The position numbers and the translations under genes are program-made. The notes under the pieces are model-generated. The model did no database searches. It was not told where the DNA came from and saw nothing but the letters and a program-made list of their open reading frames with translations. Below, in pieces: positions 54,680 through 64,000 of a stretch of 64,000 nt of DNA (position 1 is its first letter; each line of letters begins with the position of its first letter). The DNA is from Octopus vulgaris (taxonomy: Eukaryota). The stretch spans positions 26,536,001-26,600,000 of the forward strand of contig OX597822.1 in NCBI GenBank assembly GCA_951406725.2, written 5' to 3'.

Positions 54680-55020
54680 TTCTTTTATTTGTTTCAGTCA
54701 TTTGACTGTGACCATGCTGGAGTATTGCCTTTAGTCGAACAAATCGACCCCCAGGACTTATTCTTTGTAAGCCTAGTACTTATTCTGTTGGTCTCTTTTG
54801 CCGAACCGCTAAGTTACGGGGATGTAAACACCAACATTGGTTGTCAAGTGATGGTGGGGGGACAAACACACACACACGTATACACGATGGGCTTCTTTCA
54901 GTTTCCATCTACCAAATCCACTCACAAGGCTATAGTCGGCACGAGGCTATAGTAGAAGACACTTGCCCAAGCCGGAACCATGTGGTTCATAAGCAAGCTA
55001 CTTATGACATAGCCACGCCT
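54680..55020 (-). mobile_element. Group B SINE
   Basis: Homology to group B. Confidence 0.85.
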
Positions 55021-55399
55021 TTGCAAAATAATTTATAATGAAACTGAGAAAAATGAAAGTCTACATATTTTAAGAAATTCTTTTATTCATTTATTTATTA
55101 TTTTTTCTTTTAATGCCTATTGTGACTCGGCCATATTGCAGTTGCTTTTATACTCTTGTGTTAACTTGTCATGCAAGTAACTTGTAAATGAAAAAAAATG
55201 TGAAACAGTCCTGCATATCTCATACCCACCCATATTTAACCTTTAGTCAACTCAGGTTACAGATTTCTCTTCCATGTGCCTTTGAGAAAAAACTAATGAC
55301 ATTTGTTCTCATTATGGGTAGAATTCCAATTGCTCAACAAAAAGAAAAAAAAATCATTTTCGCTCTCTTTGTATTAAAAATATTAGCTTGCACTTTGCT

Positions 55400-55845
55400 A
55401 TTTAATGTATATATGTGTATGTATGTATGTATGTAGATGTGCATATTTGCACATGCATGTGTGTTTATGTATGTATATGTGCATATGGGCGTGTACACTT
55501 ATGTGTATATGTATAGTATGTATGTATGAATAACCTGTTACATGTTTATTTTTAATCCTAATTAATGAAATCTCAAAATAGTATTTACTCAACAAGTCGA
55601 TATTTATTGTATTGTCCTGTGTAGTTTGTTGAATCCAGTTATTAATTAAATGATCTTTTGTGTGCTGCCTTTCACCTTTTCATTCATGTATTTTTCAATA
55701 TATAGATATATATATATATATATATATGCAAACATATATTTGTATGTTTGTATATATGTGTGTGTATGTATGTATATATATATATATATATATATATACA
55801 TAATACATACAAGCTTACATGCATGCTTGTATGTATGTATATGTA

Positions 55846-55894
<49 letters not shown>

Positions 55895-56432
55895 CTGTAT
55901 GTGTATGTATATATGTATGTCTGTATGTGTATGTATATATGTATGTCTGTATGTGTATGTATATATGTATTTATGTATGTATGTCTGTATGTGTATGTAT
56001 ATATGTATTTATGTATGTATATATCTATGTGCGTATGTATATATGTATTTATGTATGTATATATCTATGTGCGTATGTATATATGTATGTATATATCTGT
56101 GTATGTATATATATATGTATGTATATATGTGTGTATGTATATATATATGTATGTATATATCTGTGTATGTATATATATGTATGTATATAGGTATGTATGT
56201 ATATATATGTATGTATATAGGTATGTATGTTTATGTATATGTATGCATATATATATATGCATATGTATATATATATATGCATATATATATGCATATGTAT
56301 ATATATGTATATGTATGCATATGTATGTGTATGTATGCATGTTTGTATATGTATGTATATATATATATATGTATATGTATGCACATGTATATGTATGTAT
56401 GTATATATATGTGTGTGTGTGTGTGTGTATAT
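55400..56432. repeat. Alternating purine-pyrimidine (TA/TG/TATG) microsatellite mosaic
   Basis: Seen directly; source of the YIYI/CVCV pseudo-ORFs. Confidence 0.95.
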
Positions 56433-56963
56433 AACATCCTATACAGGTTTATTTTTTAACCCAATTCTATGCAATGTAGTCTTTTGCACTTTCATTGGTT
56501 TAAATTCTCTCATAACCCGTTTTGTGTTATTTGCCGTTGGTGGTTATTTCAAATATATCACATCCCTTCTCTCTCTTTCTACTCTCTCTCAATTTATCTC
56601 TCTATTACTTCTCTCTTCCATGTTCCCTCTTTCTCTCTCTCTCTCTCTCTCTCTCACTCTAAATCTGCTTCACTTTGCTTTCTTTAATTTTTCTACCGCA
56701 CAGTCTCTATTTCTCAATTATCTTCCTATGTCTTTTGCCTCATCTTCCATTTACTTTCCTATTTCATTTCTCTCCATCTTTCTCCATCTCTCTCTGTCTC
56801 TCTCTTTTTTTAGTTTTCTATCTGTTTATCTGTCTTTCTCTCATTGTTCTCTTCTGTGTCTTTGCTTGCCTTCCTCTCTATGTCCTTCTTCTCTCTTTAT
56901 TCATTTCCCTTCTGTATCTCTTCTTTCTCCCATCTCTATATACTATGTATATGCATCATATTC

Positions 56964-57016
<53 letters not shown>

Positions 57017-57085
57017 AAAATTTATATATAAATATATATATAATTTATAAAAAGCTTTTTCTCGAAAAATTTTTTATCCTATATC

Positions 57086-57126
<41 letters not shown>

Positions 57127-58546
57127 TGTGTCTACATATTTTAGTAATTATAGCTATCATACAAGAATACTATAAACATGCAAGCATGTTATGGTAATTA
57201 GAATGTGAGGTAGATTTGACTCAGAGGCATCCTTTAACAGTTTTGTTTTTGACCCATATAAGTAGAAACTAGAGAACTTTAACAGGTAGTGCTGACGGTG
57301 GGAGTGGTTGTGGCAGATGATGATGTGATGGAGTTTGGCTTTTATATTTTTATACAGCTTCTCAATAGAAAATAATGCTGTGGGGGGAAACTTTTTGGAT
57401 ATTTAAAAAAAACATTCTTCTCCATGAATGTTTGTGTTTGTGTGTGCACATGTTCTGCATGTGCATGTGTGTGTATGATGGCTGTAATTACTAGTATATA
57501 TGGACACATAGACATATATATATATATATCAACATCGTCATCATTGTTTAATGTCTGCTTTCCATGCTGGTATGGGTTGGACGGTTTGACTGAGGGCTGG
57601 CAATCTAGAAGGCTGCACCAGGCTGCAATCTGATCTGACAAAGTTTCTCCAGCTGGATGCCCGACCTAATGTCAATCACTCCAAGAGCATGAAGGCCAGT
57701 CAGGTGGTACTGGTATTGACCATGCTCAAACGGTGCCTTTCACATGCCGCCAGCACAGGAGCCAGTCAAGCAGCACTGGCAACAATCACACTCAAATGGT
57801 CCTTTTAATGTTCCACTGGCACGGGTGCCAATCAGACGCTATTGTCATCAGCCACAACAATGTTTTCACTTGTCTCAACAGGTCTTCACAAGCACACTTT
57901 ATTGCCCAATGATTGAAGGGTACACTTAAATGAGCTGGTTATGCTGCACTGGCATAGGCCATGGATCATCATCATCATTTAATGTCCGTTGTCCATACTG
58001 TATGGGCTGGATGGTTTGACCAAGGCTGGTAAGCTGAGGGGCTGCACCAGATTCCAGTCTGATTTGGCATTTCAGAGAATGTTCTGGGTTCTTTTCCCCT
58101 GCTAACAGCACTGGTGAGGTCACCAAGTACCTGCATGACAAGATCCACAAATTGAGTGGGATATAGTACTGAGGGATATGAAAGTATTATGGAAAGACAG
58201 GAGCAAGTATCTTGCTGAAGAGTTGAATACATAGCTTCCCCATCTGGGAAGAAAGCAAGAGAAAGAATTGTGAAGGCAAGTTATAAGATAAATATGAGAG
58301 AGAGAAATAGGACAGAGGATTAGAAAAGGTGGGTGGATAGGTAAGTGCACTAGAATGAAATTAGTGGGTCAAATGATCTGAGATCGAGGACTGAGTTGGA
58401 TGTAGGGCATATCAGTTTTTGGAGAGGGAGCCGAAGAAAGGAAATAAGAGTGGATCTGGGAGGAAGAGGTGGTGATAACAGGGGACTGTAGTAGGGATAC
58501 AATATCAATACCTGAGTGAAATAAACACATATATTCATGCATAATT

Positions 58547-58592
<46 letters not shown>

Positions 58593-58808
58593 TTGCAAAA
58601 TTATGTACACTTACATGCATAATCACACTGGCAGCATGCTACAGTGTATGCACACACACACATGCACGTACACATGTGCACATGCACACAGACAGAGAGA
58701 GAGACAGACAGACAGACTGAGGATTCTTTAAGCTTCTGTCTACCAAATCCATTTGTAATGCTTTAACTGAATCCAAAATCACATAGTTTGTAAGTGAATA
58801 TCTTAACC

Positions 58809-58856
<48 letters not shown>

Positions 58857-59475
58857 CTTTTATCTTACTTGTTTAGTTTGTTTTCTATGGAAACATAGTA
58901 TTTGAAGCGCCAAGCATTATTAGTGGTTGCCATGGAAAGGTTATTCTTTCTGTTGTCTCTCCTTGAAATGGAGCACTAAGAAAAAATTGAAATTTGAGCA
59001 CTAAGAAAAAACAAAAAGAAGTTTGGGAGATGGTGGTAGGTCATGCTTGAATTAGACCTTTTCTCGCTGCCGTTTATTGGTTTCTTTTCAGAATGACCAC
59101 TAGCCTAGATTAACTCTAAGAGATAATTAAGATTAATTTATTGCTCCGCCATTTAGGTTATTATCTTCTAAAAGCCATTAATTTCTTCAATAAGATTTCA
59201 TTTTCTTGCTGATTTGAGACCATTGGGAGAATGAGTGTGTGTTTGTGTGTATGTTTGAGTTTCTGTTTGCATGTCTGTCTGTCTTGATGTCATGTGATAG
59301 TTGTGAACAGACAACACCATGATACACATGGTTCTGGTCAATTCTAATCTTCTGTGGAAACATATCTGGCCATGGGGAAATATTATCTTACTTGGAATCA
59401 GATGAGGGTTGGTGACAGGAAGCACATCCGGTTGTAGTAAATCTGCTTTCATGGATCCGGTCTGATCCATGCAAG

Positions 59476-59965
59476 CACTAGCGGAGCTAGGGGCAGAAGA
59501 CGGTAGGGGCGGTCTGCCCCAGGTGGCACTTTTAAAGGGGCAGCACTTTTCATCCTGTTATAAGCTATAAGCCAGACTAGATTATATTGAAATAGTATGG
59601 TATGTGATAATTCCTGATATTATAATAAAAATATTTCTTTCTTATTACACACAAGGGGCTAAACATAGAGGGGACAGACAAACGGATTAAGTTGATTACA
59701 TTGACTCCAGTGCGTAACTGGTACTTAATTTATCGACCCCGAAAGGATGAAAGGCAAAGTTGACCTCGGCGGAATTTGAACTCAGAACATAGCAATGGGC
59801 GAAATACTGCGAAGCACTTCGCCCTGCATACTAACGTCTCTGCCAGCTTGCATTGGAAATGCACGACTTTTGGGTCTGCTATAGGCAATATGTGTCTTTT
59901 GTGAGGTCCGGGGGTGCCAAATGAAAGTGCTGCCCCAAGCGGCATACATTCTAGCTATGCCAGTG
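59476..59965. mobile_element. hAT (Tip100-like) MITE containing a group A SINE (59633-59850, minus strand), itself inside an RTE-tail copy
   Basis: TIRs CACTAGCGGAGCTAG / CTAGCTATGCCAGTG; 8-bp TSD CATGCAAG/CATGGAAG. Confidence 0.8.
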
Positions 59966-60018
59966 CATGGAAGTGTGGGAAAGTAGAAATTAATATAATA
60001 ATGAAAATGAACGTGCGC

Positions 60019-60049
<31 letters not shown>

Positions 60050-60162
60050 CGTGCGTGTGTGTGTTTATGTTGTCTTGACATTGTGAAATAGTTGTAAATG
60101 TGTGTTATTGTCATACAAGTGGTGTCATACATTTCCCATCTTCTGTGAAAGCAAACCAAATC

Positions 60163-60712
60163 CAGTGCTGGATTAACTTTTAAGCAAAATAAGCACTTGC
60201 TTAGGCACTGCAGAAATGGTAAATGGTTTACAGCACAAAAGAAATCACTTTAAACTTGCTAAAATAAACATTATTGAATGTGCCTTTCCAAATGCAGACA
60301 TTGCTGTTTGTGTTTCGAATATTTATGGTCTCAAATTGCTCAGCTGAGCATCTATTTTCTCAGTTGTAATATATTATATTTCCCATCAGAACAACTATGC
60401 AACAAGGTAGGCTGGTTGCCTTATCTTCACTTTATTTAGAAGCAGATCTGTTACATAAGATAAATTCTGATGATCTGATCGTAGACTTTGCAATTACAAA
60501 AAAAAAAAAAAAAAGTAGGAGAAAACTTTTCAAATATGAATAAAGTGGAAATATACAAAAATAACCATTATTTTCCATCTTATTGTTTTGTTTCATTTTG
60601 AAAAATAATTTATTTTTTGGTCTTTTATTATTCATATTTTGAATTACATATATATGGGGGCACCAAAATCTTTTAACTTCTTTGGACCTCTGTGGGTCTT
60701 AATCTGACCCTG
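60163..60712. mobile_element. hAT-like MITE
   Basis: Imperfect TIRs CAGTGCTGGATTAA / TTAATCTGACCCTG. Confidence 0.6.
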
Positions 60713-61959
60713 GTCCAGTCATAGGGAAATATTACCTTCTATGAAGCAGGTGAATGTTGGCAGCAGGAGGGGCATCCAACTGTTGAAAATCTGCTTTAAT
60801 GAATTCTGTCTGACCTATGCAAGCATGCAAATAGTGGACAATTGATGCTGCTGCTGCTGCTGATGATGATGATGGTGCTAGTAATTAAATAACTTGCTTT
60901 TTGTTGAAAGCACACTTGAAGGCTTATCCCGAATATCCTTCACAGAATTGTTTTCATTATACAAATATAAAATGTCCATCAGTTTGGATTGAGCTGTATT
61001 GTCTTTTTTTCCCTATTATTATCAGCATTCTATGCATGGTAATCCTTTATACTTATTGTTAAGCATGTCTTAACATCTAGGTCTGAAAACACAGCTAAAA
61101 AACATTCAGTTTGTTTTAATGTTGGGCAAGTTCAATGACTAGGATCACCTGATGACTAATTTTCTTCAATAGAATGGTCTGACAGTGTGGTTCTAGTATA
61201 AATAAAATCTACTGTATGTATATAGTATGTATATATTACTCCCATAGAGAAAAATCTATTGTTTTAATTTCTCATTTACAGCAAAATCATATGATTTAAA
61301 TTGTGATAATAGAAGCTGAGTGAAACTATGTTATTTTCTCATCTGTAGAACAAAACAAAGGCTGCTCCACCACATCACCACATGTTACATGCCATTTGGT
61401 TAACACTGGAAGTCATTGTAAGGTTTCTAATTCATGAAAGAATTGGAAAATTGGAAATGAAAAATTGACACGTTTATCCTTTTCACGATGCCATTAAAGA
61501 CACACGACTATAAAAGAAGCTCTCTCACTAGTTTAGTTAATTAATACATGTTATTAATGAATGCAAATTAGTAACAGTAGCGCTGGTTGTTCATAGCTTT
61601 ATTCTCAAGTAATCTGCTGTCTCTCGCAGTTTCTCTGTAGACTTTATGAAGTAAATATTCTTGGTGAGGGCAGTTGTCTTCTATTGTAGTGTCTCACTGA
61701 CCAATGTCTTACCAGCGGAACCAGTAGATGGAAACTGTAAGGAAGCTTGCTGTATGTTTTTGTGTGTGTATTCACATGTATATGTTTGTGTGAATGTTTC
61801 TGTTCCACTTCTGTTGAACACTAAGTGAAAAATGGTGACATTATGTTGACATTCCCTCTTAAAAATTTGCCCTTTAGCTCTGTGCTGTTGAGATCAAGTA
61901 AACACAAATCCTTTTAACTTGCGAAACAAGTAAGAATTAGTGATGGTGAGGACATCTTT

Positions 61960-62340
61960 TACCCTTTTATCTTGTTTCAGTCATTTGTTTGTGGCCATGT
62001 TGGAGCACTGCCTTTAGTCGAGCAAATCGACCCCAGGACTTATTCTTTGTAAGCCTAGTACTTATTTTAACGGTCTCTTTGGCTGAACCGCTAAGTTACA
62101 GGGATGTAAACACACCAGCATCAGTTGTCAAGCGATGTTGGGGGGGACAAGCACAGACACACAAACATATATACATATATACGACGGGCTTCTTTCAGTT
62201 TCCGTCTACCAAATCCACTCACAAGGCTTTGGTCAGCCCGAGGCTATAGTAGAAGACACTTGCCCAAGGTACCACGCAGTGGGACTGAACCCGGAACCAT
62301 GTAGTTCGTAAGCAAGCTACTTGCCACACAGCCATTCCTG
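61960..62340 (-). mobile_element. Group B CORE-like SINE, full length
   Basis: Homology to group B. Confidence 0.9.
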
Positions 62341-63374
62341 ACTATAAAATAAAATCTTTGTAATAAATATTAATCTAACTCATGCTAACATGGGTAAACA
62401 AAACATAACATGAGTGATTGAGCTATATACATACATACATACATATATACATATATACATTAACTTAACTTAACTTAACTAACTTAACATGTATATAGTA
62501 GCTGCTTTCTCGTATATAAGCAAAGCCATTACTAGAAAGGTTCATTGAAATGAATCATTGATGATGCAGTGTGAGGCCATTAAATGACTCTTGAGCAAGG
62601 CCACAGATTTTCACATTCTATTGCATAATGCTCATGAGAGATCGGTAGCCACTAGACACATTTTTTTTATCTCCTTGTTTCTCTCTTTGTTTCTTTCTGT
62701 GTTCCTTTCTGTGAGCTTCCAGTGAGGGCTTAGCTGGCCAACACTTTGGAGTCACTGTCAACAATATTCTTGTTTAAGAATAATGAATATCTATGTAGTG
62801 TGTGTATACAATGGGCTTCTACACAGTTTCCGGCTATCAAATTCACTCACAAGACCTTAGTCAGCCTGATGCTACAGCACAAGACACTTGCCCAAGATGC
62901 TGTGCAGAGAGATTGAACCGAAAACTATGTGGTTACAAAGCAGCCTTCTTGACTACACGGCCATGCCTAATTGTGTTTAACGCCTTTATTAACCGTTTTA
63001 TTACAATATTTCTGTCAAGATATGCTACCTTTGATTCAATTAATTTTGAAAAATAATGAAAAATTCATTGAAATAACTTCATTATCAAGTTGGGATCTGG
63101 AACATAAATTAACAGAATATTTTTTGATGGACTGTTTTAATTTTAGATCATTTAAAACAATGAATTTGAATCATAAAACTAAGGGCTGTCTCTGGCAGGT
63201 TGATATCAAAAGGGTTAAAATACTCACTCTTAGAGCAGTAAAAACTCCCTCATATGAAACAAACCCAACACCAATACTACTCTGTTTAACCCCTCCATTC
63301 TACTAAATTACCAATGTTCTATGATGTATTTGTTCTACAGTCATATTTTTTTACCACTAACTTTTACTTGGATA

Positions 63375-63860
63375 TTGATCTCCACTTCTCTCTCTTTCTC
63401 TCTCTCCTCCCAACTTCATTTCTCTATTGACCCTTTCCTCTCTTTGTCTCTCTCTCTCCCCTCTCTCTTGCTCCTGTTTTCTCTTTAGTCTTTCTCTTTT
63501 GCTGTGCTCCCCTCTGCTGCTTTTTCTCTTGCCTCTCTTTTTATTTCTCTTGTTCCTCTCTGCTTTTCCTTTCCCGCTCTCTTTCTCTTAATTCTCTCTT
63601 TCATTCCCCTGTTTCTCTTTCTCTTCTCTCGGTCTTTCTCATCCTCCTCTCCCACTTTCTCTCTCTCTTGCCTGTCTTTTCCTTTCTCTTACTCCTCCCT
63701 TTTTTGCTTCTGGCCTCTTTCTTTCTCTTCTCTCTTTTTCTCTGTCTTTCTTGCCCTTTCTCTCCCTCATATTCTCTCTTGCCCAGCATCATCCTTTTTC
63801 TTCTGCTTCTCTGTTGTCCTTCCCCACTTGTCTCTTTATCGCCCTATCTCTCCTTAAAAT
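63375..63860. repeat. CT-rich polypyrimidine low-complexity tract
   Basis: Seen directly. Confidence 0.85.
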
Positions 63861-63912
63861 TGTACTGATTAAAGCTAATTTCAAAACCACTCCCACCTGC
63901 TTCCTACCTATT

Positions 63913-63950
<38 letters not shown>

Positions 63951-64000
63951 AGTTCTAATGTTTTGTTTATTTGTATTTTGAAATAATAGAAATGCAATTT

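Noticed and set aside
55650-57144. Long YIYI/CVCV ORFs of up to 305 aa
   Set aside because: Artefacts of dinucleotide and tetranucleotide microsatellites.

Overview
AT-rich, microsatellite-dense animal genomic DNA. The SINE repertoire resembles an octopus (coleoid cephalopod) genome; this assignment is inference. The only host gene I can support is coding exon 1 of an alkaline ceramidase (ACER3-like, + strand, 38803-38914), whose first intron appears to run past the window end. The rest is mostly transposon debris: three tRNA-derived SINE groups, Tx1, CR1, RTE and R4/Dong LINE fragments, Helitron/Helentron pieces, a maT transposon, and mariner, pogo and hAT MITEs. The most notable signal is not in the ORF track. 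Five mutually unrelated non-coding elements each carry a minimal type-I hammerhead ribozyme motif and each abuts (TA)n tracts (8 motif copies in total). Three of them are inverted pairs whose ribozyme-sense strands read outward, including a ~1.5 kb spacer-less palindrome. They are probably Penelope-like pLTR or retrozyme-type retroelements. Two SINE/LINE partner pairs are readable from shared 3' tails, and CpG decay appears to switch on inside the gene body. Nearly all long ORFs in the track are microsatellite translations. Coordinates were counted by eye and may be off by a few bases.
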